In this document: positions 48,148 through 54,714 of the stretch, in pieces
Layout: every line of letters begins with the position of its first letter
Numbering within the stretch: the stretch's first letter is position 1
Notes under the pieces: generated by a model
Seen by the model: only the letters and a program-made list of their open reading frames with translations
Database searches by the model: none
Told to the model about the DNA's origin: nothing
Translations under genes and position numbers: made by a program
Assembly (NCBI GenBank): GCA_937892025.1
Contig: CALAVA010000029.1
Location: 1 to 56,569 of the forward strand
Direction: 5' to 3'
Source of the DNA: an uncultured Bacteroidales bacterium
Lineage (GTDB): Bacteria; Bacteroidota; Bacteroidia; Bacteroidales; WCHB1-69
Length of the DNA stretch: 56,569 bases

Positions 48148-48340
48148 CATTACACATTGCTCAGGAGAAGATATTTTAATACAAAATGACACTTCCCATC
48201 GTTTCATTTGTCCAAAAAGGAATGGATGCAGAAGATACCAAGCCTATAAGCAAATCCCTGAGAATACAACAGTTTCCATGACATTTGCTTTGGAATGTGC
48301 TAAAGACAACTATAATCTATATTGGGAAAATAAAGAATAA
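48137..48340 (+). CDS. Hypothetical Cys-containing protein
   Basis: 67-aa ORF; 'HDITHCSG...FICPKRNGCRRY'. Confidence 0.55.
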   Translation: MNHDITHCSGEDILIQNDTSHRFICPKRNGCRRYQAYKQIPENTTVSMTFALECAKDNYNLYWENKE

Positions 48341-48363
48341 CTACAAAGAAAACAATAACTTGA

Positions 48364-48552
48364 ATGAGAGAGAAAATAGATGTAGCGAAGCTACTTTGTT
48401 CTTGGATTAAAAGCACGCAATACAGACATTTGAGTATAGAACTTCAAGATGCTCTTAAGGAGCAAGGTCTTGTATATGAAGATGGGAAGATTCTTAAGAT
48501 GTATGATAAGGAAGTGATTGAATCCAATAACCTTGATGAACTTGCATATTAA
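48364..48552 (+). CDS. Hypothetical protein
   Basis: 62-aa ORF. Confidence 0.5.
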   Translation: MREKIDVAKLLCSWIKSTQYRHLSIELQDALKEQGLVYEDGKILKMYDKEVIESNNLDELAY

Positions 48553-48597
48553 TGAAACTATATATCTATTATAATAATAATACCAAAAATAAAAAGC

Positions 48598-48855
48598 ATG
48601 GATAAAAAAGATTACATGAGACTTCCAAAGGAGAGGTTGGCAGAACTGTTGATTGAGAAAGACAACGAGATAAAAAGATTACAGTTATTCTTAAGGAATG
48701 AAGGTAATGAATCTAATAGTTCTGCAATACCTTGTTATGCTCCAAATGGAATCTGTACAAATCCTTTCAGAGATTGTATAAACTGTCCAAAAACAAGAAC
48801 TACAGGATTTAATACAAATTCTCCACAAACACAAGACAATCTATGGCCGCAATAG
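48598..48855 (+). CDS. Hypothetical protein
   Basis: 85-aa ORF. Confidence 0.55.
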   Translation: MDKKDYMRLPKERLAELLIEKDNEIKRLQLFLRNEGNESNSSAIPCYAPNGICTNPFRDCINCPKTRTTGFNTNSPQTQDNLWPQ

Positions 48856-49148
48856 ACAAAATCTATGTAAAGACATACGATGAATATCTTCAATTCAAGA
48901 ATTGGTGTGAAATACAATCTGAATTAGAGGATAAGTATGGTAAGAAAGTAAAACTTACCAACTATCTTAGAAAGGATTGGAAAAACAAGGAAGATTGGGG
49001 TAATATAACTCATCCAGTGATGAACAATCCTTATTATGTGGATGCCTATATCATTCGTAATTGTCCACTATCTAAACCATATATAGTAATAGGATACATC
49101 CCAAAAAATACTATATCTTATGAGGATATTTGTGGCGTAATAGTTTAA
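48843..49148 (+). CDS. Hypothetical protein
   Basis: 101-aa ORF, the last gene of the + strand block. Confidence 0.55.
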   Translation: MAAIDKIYVKTYDEYLQFKNWCEIQSELEDKYGKKVKLTNYLRKDWKNKEDWGNITHPVMNNPYYVDAYIIRNCPLSKPYIVIGYIPKNTISYEDICGVIV

Positions 49149-49299
49149 GAAAACATCGTTCTTACAAAAGTGTTCGAAAATATTGAAGATTTTCTTATAT
49201 ACAGACAAGAACTCTTAAACAAAGAAAGTAATAAGTAACTTAATCCCTATCGAAAAAAATAAAAAAGGTATAGTGAAAGATATAACTTTTGACACATTC

Positions 49300-49318
49300 T
49301 GATATCATTTTGATATCA
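49300..49318. repeat. Tandem palindromes TGATATCA-TTT-TGATATCA
   Basis: Two copies of a self-complementary octamer that can form an 8-bp hairpin. Possible terminator or binding site. Confidence 0.4.
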
Positions 49319-49360
49319 AATTTATACATAATTTAAACATTTTTTTTATGGCTGTTTTTT

Positions 49361-49949
49361 AATTATAATTTTAATTTTAATTGCTTAATAATAATTAAAT
49401 TATAATTACTTTATAATCAGTGCTGTATGAAGTGCTGATAATATGGATGTTATGCGGTGGGAAAAAGTGGGAGTTTTTGCATCTTTTTTTTATTTTAAAA
49501 AAGTGCCATTTTCGGCCATCAATTAAATCGGTATTTGCTGAACAAATTTTTTGTTAGTAAATTGGCGGTATTTTGGCGGTATTTTGGCAGAAAATTGGTG
49601 GATTTTAATTAGAATTATTCTGTGTGGGCTATAGCGGAAAAGTGTCAATTCTTTTGTGGCTTGTGATAATTTTAATTAAAATTTTTTAATTAGAAACAAG
49701 ATAAATTAGAATTACAATTAAAATTTAAATTCATTCTAAATAAAGCACTTACGGGGATGTGGTTAAAAAAAATAGGTCAAAAAAAAATTGGTTAAAATTT
49801 GTTTTTGTTAATTATAATTAAAATTAAGGTTTATGGGGATACAATTATAATTTTAATTTTCAGTAATGGGCCTAATAATAATTTTAATTAAAAATAAAAG
49901 GGCCCCATACTTGGAGCCCCGTAGATAATTTTAATTAGAATTTAAATTT
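49361..49949. repeat. Array of AT-only motifs (AATTATAATTTTAATT and variants) in a non-coding region
   Basis: At least 8 copies in both orientations (49361, 49386, 49665, 49703, 49808, 49841, 49873, 49924), separated by short G/C-containing words. No ORF of 60 aa or more. Confidence 0.8.
49559..49603. repeat. Iteron-like direct repeats
   Basis: ATTGGCGGT ATTTTGGCGGT ATTTTGGCAGA AAATTGGTGGA: four units with a period of about 11 bp. Confidence 0.7.
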
Positions 49950-50223
49950 CGTCATCGCCTTCGTAGGTATTATCATCTTCAGGGATGTTTGAGTCAAGAT
50001 TTTCACTTGGTTCATTATTATCATTGTTAACGTTAATATGAGTTCCAAAGCCTTTAATTCTATCAATGATTCCACAAACTTGGATTAGTAGGAATATAGC
50101 AGTAAAGAACAAAAGCAAGTTAATCAACAATGTTGAGAACGTCATCATTGTTGCTGAATAGAAGCATCCAATTGCTACAATGAGTAGCACGAAAACGAGT
50201 AATTCTTGTAAAATTTTTTTCAT
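49942..50223 (-). CDS. Small membrane protein with acidic C-terminus
   Basis: Two hydrophobic helices, then 'NDNNEPSENLDSNIPEDDNTYEGDDEI'. Confidence 0.6.
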   Translation of the reverse strand: MKKILQELLVFVLLIVAIGCFYSATMMTFSTLLINLLLFFTAIFLLIQVCGIIDRIKGFGTHINVNNDNNEPSENLDSNIPEDDNTYEGDDEI

Positions 50224-50304
50224 ATAATTAAAATTAGGTAATAATAAATAGTGTCCAATGGTATTAAAAAATTATAATTTTAATTAAAATTTTAATGGGT
50301 ATAT

Positions 50305-50354
50305 TGGAGTTTACTCTCCTAATCGCTAAGTGTGAGATGGAGTATACTCTCCTA
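50305..50354 (-). repeat. Two 17-nt direct repeats, each a small hairpin, in a long 5' leader
   Basis: In transcript sense, TAGGAGAGTA[T/A]ACTCCA occurs twice (GGAG-loop-CTCC), separated by 16 nt, within the roughly 225-nt leader of the 50223 gene. Confidence 0.6.
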
Positions 50355-50450
50355 TCCGTGGTTTTGCGTTCAGCCCCTGTGTAGCATTTAGCCATCCAAT
50401 TATTTAATATGTCAGGATTACTCCGGCGGCGATTTATTCATAACGAAATA

Positions 50451-50477
50451 ATATACATCAAAAATTGTGCCAAACTA
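50451..50477 (-). promoter_or_regulatory. -24/-12-like motif
   Basis: Minus sense: TAGTTTGGCAC-AATTT-TTGATGTATAT. Confidence 0.55.
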
Positions 50478-50496
50478 TTTGGATGGTATAAAAAAA

Positions 50497-50518
50497 ATAT
50501 GTACGCAAATGCGTATAT
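50497..50518. promoter_or_regulatory. Palindromic operator/UAS candidate
   Basis: TATGTACGCA-AA-TGCGTATATA, about 37 bp upstream of the GG of the 50451 motif. Confidence 0.5.
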
Positions 50519-50526
50519 ACCTATAT

Positions 50527-50552
50527 AAAAAAGGCCCATCTTTCGATAGGCC
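50527..50552 (-). terminator. Rho-independent terminator (minus strand)
   Basis: Minus sense: GGCCTATC-GAAA-GATGGGCC followed by T6, just downstream of the 50581 stop. Confidence 0.8.
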
Positions 50553-50580
50553 GCAATAATAAAAAGTATTTCAATTATAA

Positions 50581-51030
50581 TTATTGATTTATGTCAATGG
50601 ATTCATCAAATAATTTTGATTTCAATTCATTTGCTTTTTTAAGATACCATTGTTCCTTGTTGAAATCTTCAAGAAGTTTATTTTTCATTGCTTCAGGTGA
50701 ATCGTTTTTTCCGGGTTTGGTTCCCATTCTCATACGATACTTGTAAGCTGTCATCTTACACCATTCCATTGTAGCTTTTGTTCCCCAAATTTTTTCCATC
50801 ATATCTACGACTTCAACATCATAGTTATTATAATGTTGTGGGTGGTTAACCATTTCATAAGAAGTCTTGTTGTTATTATATGAGCCATTATCTGAAGAGT
50901 GATAATTATCAATAAGTTCTTTTGACTTTTTTATATATTCTAACCATTCGTCAGTCCTTGATGATACATTGGTATTTGAATTAATATGAATATTGTGTTG
51001 TAGCCTGTCGATTAATTTTTTTTCATTCAT
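50581..51030 (-). CDS. DUF3310-like protein
   Basis: 'VNHPQHYNNYDVEVVDMMEKIWG...AYKYRMRMGTKPG' resembles the DUF3310 signature (hP.HY ... KY..R.g.K). Confidence 0.6.
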   Translation of the reverse strand: MNEKKLIDRLQHNIHINSNTNVSSRTDEWLEYIKKSKELIDNYHSSDNGSYNNNKTSYEMVNHPQHYNNYDVEVVDMMEKIWGTKATMEWCKMTAYKYRMRMGTKPGKNDSPEAMKNKLLEDFNKEQWYLKKANELKSKLFDESIDINQ

Positions 51031-51150
51031 ATTGTAATTATAATTTTAATTATTATTTTAATAATAGAAGTATGTTTCTTAGTTCAATTTTTACTCTAAT
51101 TCAGACTCTGATTTTAGACTTTCTACGTGTATAATATATAATTTTTAATA

Positions 51151-52044
51151 TTATTTCTCAACTCTTGAATACATTAATTTTAATTTTTTCTCAGCGCTGT
51201 TCTTGAGTTGTCTAATTCTTTCTGAAGTAAGCCCAAGGGCCTCACCAATTTCCTCATTATTGCATGGCTTATTATATTCACCCATTCCGTATGCCATTTT
51301 AATAATAGTAGTTTCACGTTCCGGGAGTTTATCAATGATACGCTGTAACGTATACTTGGTTCCCTCTACTTCTGCTTTGTCAGCATAGTCGTTTTCTACA
51401 TAAGCATACTCAGTGAACTTCTTTGAATTCTCGAAGATGTACGTATCGTCATCAATGCTCTCTGCGGGGTCCTCAATGCGTTCAATCTTAGCTCCGAAGA
51501 TATCATTTCTGTCAGACAGCATAATACCGTAGTTTTCTTTCAGGATACGTTCTACTTCGAAAATATCTGGTTTAACACCATGGAGCCTTAAGTATTCCTC
51601 TTCAATCTTTTTTACCTTGGGCGTGATTCTTGCATTGTTAGCAGGCTTAACCATCAGATTCTCGTCATTCAGGAAATGGTTCACTGCTCTTCTTATATAA
51701 TACTGTGCATATGTGACAAACTTATTACCCTGACTGAGGTCAAAGTTATCAAATGTGTCGTAGAACCCTATGGTCCCAACACTGATAAGTTCCATTAGAA
51801 GTTCATTGTTGTTTTTGGCGTAGCAATTTGCCAAGTCATAGATAAACCTTTGGTGGGCCATTGCAATTTTCTTCTTGATTGCAATCTTTTCTGCTTCAGT
51901 TGCGTCATCTGAATAGTACTTCTCAAGAAGTTCCTTTTCCTCTTCCTTGGTTAATGGCTTGCTAATTGCTCCGTTGATATCCTTCAGATATGCTGAGACG
52001 ATATCATTCTTTTCCCTGATTTTGTTATACTTCTTAACGTTCAT
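51151..52044 (-). CDS. Sigma-70 family RNA polymerase sigma factor
   Basis: Region 2 'GTIGFYDTFDNFDLSQGNKFVTYAQYYIRRAV' and region 4 'EEIGEALGLTSERIRQLKNSAEKKLK'. Confidence 0.8.
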   Translation of the reverse strand: MNVKKYNKIREKNDIVSAYLKDINGAISKPLTKEEEKELLEKYYSDDATEAEKIAIKKKIAMAHQRFIYDLANCYAKNNNELLMELISVGTIGFYDTFDNFDLSQGNKFVTYAQYYIRRAVNHFLNDENLMVKPANNARITPKVKKIEEEYLRLHGVKPDIFEVERILKENYGIMLSDRNDIFGAKIERIEDPAESIDDDTYIFENSKKFTEYAYVENDYADKAEVEGTKYTLQRIIDKLPERETTIIKMAYGMGEYNKPCNNEEIGEALGLTSERIRQLKNSAEKKLKLMYSRVEK

Positions 52045-52070
52045 AATATAAAATTATTTTTGATTTACGT

Positions 52071-52092
52071 CTTATCAAATATCGTGCCATAA
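52071..52092 (-). promoter_or_regulatory. -24/-12-like motif (proximal, sigma gene)
   Basis: Minus sense: TTATGGCAC-GATAT-TTGATAAG, 27 nt upstream of ATG 52044. Confidence 0.55.
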
Positions 52093-52154
52093 ATGCAAAT
52101 TTCAATTAAATTTTTAATTTTTTTTGAAACAGCATAAAAGTAACGCTACAATAT

Positions 52155-52177
52155 AGAGCAAAAATTATGCCAAACTA
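52155..52177 (-). promoter_or_regulatory. -24/-12-like motif (distal, sigma gene)
   Basis: Minus sense: TAGTTTGGCAT-AATTT-TTGCTCT. This is the only copy with the canonical TTGC. Confidence 0.5.
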
Positions 52178-52189
52178 ATCAATTTAAAG

Positions 52190-52230
52190 AAAAAAAAGTG
52201 CCGGAATAGGACTTGAAGACTATACCGGCA
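52190..52230 (-). terminator. Rho-independent terminator (minus strand)
   Basis: Minus sense: TGCCGG-21-nt loop-CCGGCA followed by CT8. Confidence 0.5.
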
Positions 52231-52258
52231 AAACAGATACACATTATGTTCCACGTAT

Positions 52259-52525
52259 TTAAAATAACGACTTGTTCTGAACAAGAGGCCCGTGGAAGCC
52301 CATGGGATGGTATCGGTTGATACACTCCACCACTGCCTTAATTTTTTTGAGATAGAGGGAAAGACAGAAGGCCTCTTTGACTACTCCATCCATTAAAACG
52401 GTGGGTTTTCCATCAGGAAAATCATAAAAACAGAAAGCGAGAAAGACATTTCCGCGCTGTTTACTTTCCAAGGTTTTCACGCCCAAGTCTCTGCGCTTGA
52501 TAAAGGGCTTATTGGTTAGAGCCAA
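52259..52525 (-). CDS. Hypothetical protein in a G+C-richer island
   Basis: 88-aa ORF followed by a terminator. Composition differs from its surroundings, no motif was recognised, and it could be non-coding. Confidence 0.35.
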   Translation of the reverse strand: MALTNKPFIKRRDLGVKTLESKQRGNVFLAFCFYDFPDGKPTVLMDGVVKEAFCLSLYLKKIKAVVECINRYHPMGFHGPLVQNKSLF

Positions 52526-52627
52526 AATTTATTTGGCATCACCTGTGCTGAGGCTTGGAGATAGCACTTTCTACTATTTTTTTGTGATTGCATGAATAGT
52601 AATAATTGCTGTACGCTTTCTTCAGAG

Positions 52628-52699
52628 TAGCGGGGGGAGGACTCGAACCTCCGACTTCCAGGTTATGGGCCTGACGAGCTGCCTCTGCTCTACCCCGCA
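52628..52699 (-). tRNA. tRNA-Met (anticodon CAU) with initiator-like features
   Basis: 72-nt cloverleaf with anticodon loop CCCATAA and T arm GGAGG-TTCGAGT-CCTCC. It has a 1:72 U-U mismatch and A11:U24 (initiator-like) but only two G:C pairs at the base of the anticodon stem. tRNA-Ile2 (lysidine) cannot be excluded. Confidence 0.8.
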
Positions 52700-52841
52700 T
52701 CAGTTATCAAAGAACAAAAGTTATCAGAAAACATTTTATGACAAACACCATTGTTTTTTAATTAGTTGCTGTTAGTTTTCTTTTTATGTTATAAATATAC
52801 AAACTAATTTTAAAAAAACCAAATTTTTTTGTATTTTTTTT

Positions 52842-52918
52842 GTCCTCCCCATGGGCTCTAACCACGAACTGTATGGATATAAGCCATATGCTCTAACCAA
52901 TTGAGACTTAGAAGAGGA
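52842..52918 (-). pseudogene. Aberrant tRNA-like element related to tRNA-Ile(UAU)
   Basis: Acceptor TCCTCTT/GGGAGGA, anticodon arm TATGG-CTTATAT-CCATA and T arm CGTGG-TTAGAGC-CCATG. There are 5 nt instead of 2 between the acceptor and D stems, and the T loop is non-canonical. Confidence 0.4.
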
Positions 52919-52926
52919 TTTTAATT

Positions 52927-53328
52927 TTAATTCATATAGAATCCAATCTTTCTATTAAATGGTGTATTACCATCGTAGAAGTCCTTGTAAGCGAATTCAT
53001 ATATATGGCTTCCACTATTTTGCTTGGCTATTACTGTGATAGTATCCTTATCAACGGCCATCATATAGATATTCACGCCACTAAGAGAAATAGAGTCATT
53101 AATCTTTTCCATTGTAAAACAGGAACTTCCATCACCAAGATTAATATGGTATGTGCTGTCATTCAGTCTGTCAACAGCAATGATTGATTCTTGTTCCCAT
53201 TGTTCCTTCCATCTGCTTTCAATTATGGAATCTTTCACGACAATGTATAAAAGAAATCCAACACAAGCAATTCCAATTATAATTAAAATAAGCAATCCTT
53301 TTGATAATGAGTTTCTGTTTTCTTCCAT
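52927..53328 (-). CDS. Membrane-anchored hypothetical protein
   Basis: N-terminal TM 'GLLILIIIGIACVGFLLYIVV'; 133 aa. Confidence 0.6.
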   Translation of the reverse strand: MEENRNSLSKGLLILIIIGIACVGFLLYIVVKDSIIESRWKEQWEQESIIAVDRLNDSTYHINLGDGSSCFTMEKINDSISLSGVNIYMMAVDKDTITVIAKQNSGSHIYEFAYKDFYDGNTPFNRKIGFYMN

Positions 53329-53360
53329 TGTTTAAAGTTTTATAATTTCAAATTTTAATT

Positions 53361-53380
53361 ATACAATAATTATGCCAAAG
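53361..53380 (-). promoter_or_regulatory. -24/-12-like motif
   Basis: Minus sense: CTTTGGCAT-AATTA-TTGTAT, 33 nt upstream of ATG 53328. Confidence 0.55.
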
Positions 53381-53386
53381 TTTTAA

Positions 53387-53408
53387 ATATGTACGCAATT
53401 GCGTATAT
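53387..53408. promoter_or_regulatory. Palindromic operator/UAS candidate
   Basis: ATATGTACGCA-AT-TGCGTATAT, about 23 bp upstream of the GG of the 53361 motif. Confidence 0.5.
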
Positions 53409-53414
53409 TACTTG

Positions 53415-53753
53415 TAGCGGTGGCCGGACTCGAACCGGCACGGGCGCAATGCCCAGAAGATTTTCTTACTACACTTGCTTTTACACAAGCCATCTACTTG
53501 AGATGTTGTAGTCTGGACTATTTCTTCACCATGCAGTGATGTTTAGGTGTCTCGTATATAGTCTCTACGCCATTTTTATTAGAGAGCCATCGCCAAAGAA
53601 TGTGTCACCACATTCGAGGTTTCTGTTTGTTAGCGAGATTCTACATCCCAATATTAATTATCGTTTTCTCCTTTCGGAAAGGATGCACTCTTATTGCGAC
53701 CTTATTGGTCAACTTTCAAAGTCTGCCGTGTCTACCAATTCCACCACACCGCC
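53415..53753 (-). tRNA. tRNA-Leu (anticodon UAA) interrupted by a group-I-like intron
   Basis: The 5' exon (53753-53719, GGCGGTGTGGTGGAATTGGTAGACACGGCAGACTT) and 3' exon (53464-53415) join into an 85-nt class II tRNA. It has anticodon loop CTT|AAAA, a long variable arm and T arm GCCGG-TTCGAGT-CCGGC. Confidence 0.75.
53465..53718 (-). ncRNA. Group I-like intron (254 nt, no ORF) in the tRNA-Leu anticodon loop
   Basis: Inserted after U34 and ends in G. 'GUAGAGACUA' and 'AAGAAAUAGUCC' resemble the conserved J6/7-P7 and J8/7-P7' elements (GACUA/UAGUC pairing). There is also a GNRA-capped hairpin, GAAUGUG-GUGA-CACAUUC. Confidence 0.65.
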
Positions 53754-53788
53754 ATTATTTCAAAGAACAAATATGTACGCATTACTTG

Positions 53789-53863
53789 TGGGAACAGTAG
53801 GATTCGAACCTACGACCCTCTCGGTGTAAACGAGATGCGCTAAACCAACTACGCTATGCTCCC
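53789..53863 (-). tRNA. tRNA-Val (anticodon UAC)
   Basis: 75-nt cloverleaf with acceptor GGGAGCA/TGTTCCC, anticodon loop TTTACAC and T arm GTAGG-TTCGAAT-CCTAC. Confidence 0.85.
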
Positions 53864-53915
53864 AAATCATAGAGATAGATGTCTTGCCAAGTCGTTGACT
53901 TACCTCTACTACAAT

Positions 53916-53942
53916 ATTATTATTATTATTATTATTATTATT
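53916..53942 (-). repeat. (ATT)9 microsatellite, read as (AAU)9 in transcript sense
   Basis: Nine perfect units starting 2 nt downstream of the tRNA-Ile 3' end. Confidence 0.95.
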
Positions 53943-53944
53943 TG

Positions 53945-54018
53945 TCCTCTGGGATGGACTTGAACCACCGACCTTGAAGGTATAAGCTTCCTGCGCTAAC
54001 CAACTGCGCCACCAGAGG
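53945..54018 (-). tRNA. tRNA-Ile (anticodon UAU)
   Basis: 74-nt cloverleaf with acceptor CCTCTGG/CCAGAGG, D arm GCGC-AGTTGGTTA-GCGC, anticodon loop CTTATAC and T arm GGTGG-TTCAAGT-CCATC. Confidence 0.8.
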
Positions 54019-54040
54019 ATGTGTCTTGTAATATATAGAT

Positions 54041-54067
54041 TGCTCTAACCAACTGTGCTACGGGACC
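54041..54067 (-). pseudogene. tRNA 5' fragment (acceptor strand plus D arm only)
   Basis: GGTCCCG-TA-GCAC-AGTTGGTTA-GAGC-A has no matching anticodon or T arm and no 3' acceptor strand downstream. Confidence 0.5.
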
Positions 54068-54138
54068 TTAATAGGTTTTTCGTGATACGGTATCCTAAAA
54101 CAGTTTCGATGTATCACACAAGACCAACCTATAGGTTG

Positions 54139-54211
54139 AGCAGCATAAGGGAATCGAACCCTCACCCCCAGCTTGGAAGGCTGGTATACTAAACCGTTAT
54201 ACGAATGCTGC
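54139..54211 (-). tRNA. tRNA-Gly (anticodon UCC)
   Basis: 73-nt cloverleaf with acceptor GCAGCAT/ATGCTGC, anticodon arm CCAGC-CTTCCAA-GCTGG and T arm GAGGG-TTCGATT-CCCTT. Confidence 0.85.
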
Positions 54212-54272
54212 ATTGTCGGTTTTAAGGAGGCCAAAAACTCTCTTGGCTTTTTACATCCATTTGATTTATCAT

Positions 54273-54296
54273 CAATATACAAATTTTATGCCAAAA
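54273..54296 (-). promoter_or_regulatory. -24/-12-like motif upstream of the tRNA cluster
   Basis: Minus sense: TTTTGGCAT-AAAAT-TTGTATATTG, 62 nt upstream of the tRNA-Gly 5' end. Confidence 0.55.
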
Positions 54297-54340
54297 TTCA
54301 AATTATAATTAATATTTTTTTTTTAATTTTTTTACAATAG

Positions 54341-54356
54341 GTACGCATTTGCGTCT
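54341..54356. promoter_or_regulatory. Palindromic operator/UAS candidate
   Basis: GTACGCA-TT-TGCGTCT, about 57 bp upstream of the GG of the 54273 motif. Confidence 0.45.
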
Positions 54357-54540
54357 ATTGTTGTTCATTCTTGGCTCGTTTTGCCTTGATGGTTTCTCCG
54401 TAGCCGAACAAGAAGTAGAAGTTGTCAATGATATTAGCGATTGCTGACCATTCATAAAGGCCATTGGACGCGCCACCCGCCACAAGGCCAAATCCTGCTC
54501 CTATCAGATAATCAACCCAACCAAGGCCGACACAAAGCAC
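54355..54540 (-). CDS. Possible small glycine-zipper membrane peptide
   Basis: 61 codons from a GTG start; 'GLGWVDYLIGAGFGLVAGGASNG'. No ATG, in a G+C-richer patch, so coding status is uncertain. Confidence 0.25.
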   Translation of the reverse strand: MLCVGLGWVDYLIGAGFGLVAGGASNGLYEWSAIANIIDNFYFLFGYGETIKAKRAKNEQQ

Positions 54541-54714
54541 TTTTGGGAAACATAGCCTATTGGCTTACTCTAACTCCGAATAGTGGTAGTCCTACCCTTC
54601 CCCAAATATGTTTAGTCTTTAGTTCTAAGGCTTTCATTTTTGCTTTATAAATAAATAACATAACATTTTTATTTTAATTCAATATAGAGTTGTTAGCAAT
54701 TTTGTTGTTTGATG

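Noticed and set aside
49361-49949. A possible CRISPR array, suggested by repeats separated by short unique words.
   Set aside because: The repeats are AT-only, occur in both orientations, vary in length and sequence, and have irregular spacers of about 5-60 nt. This does not have the regular repeat-spacer geometry of CRISPR.
52500-52620. A plus-strand tRNA-like D arm (GGCT-TATTGGTTA-GAGCC) near 52505-52525, suggesting another tRNA.
   Set aside because: There is no acceptable anticodon arm (a 5-nt loop, or no U33), no T arm and no pairing acceptor strands around it.
53455-53725. An alternative exon junction one nt later would give anticodon loop CUUUAAA, i.e. a UUA anticodon and an ochre suppressor tRNA.
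   Set aside because: That junction would make the intron end in A rather than the universal terminal G of group I introns. TAA is also used as a genuine stop throughout the window. The U34|A35 junction giving Leu(UAA) fits both.
53415-53753. The 3' end (GCCGG-TTCGAGT-CCGGC-CACCGCTA) plus about 340 nt of structured RNA first looked like a tmRNA (ssrA) gene.
   Set aside because: The 5' part is a complete tRNA-Leu acceptor/D arm and half an anticodon arm, not a tmRNA 5' end. I found no tag reading frame with a resume codon. The two ends join into a perfect class II tRNA, so an intron-containing tRNA is the better explanation.
53536-54282. ORF-track entries 53536-53829 (+), 53600-53800 (+) and 54058-54282 (-).
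   Set aside because: They run through the tRNA genes and the intron, with peptide segments such as 'GFEPTTL' that are translated T arms. They are spurious.
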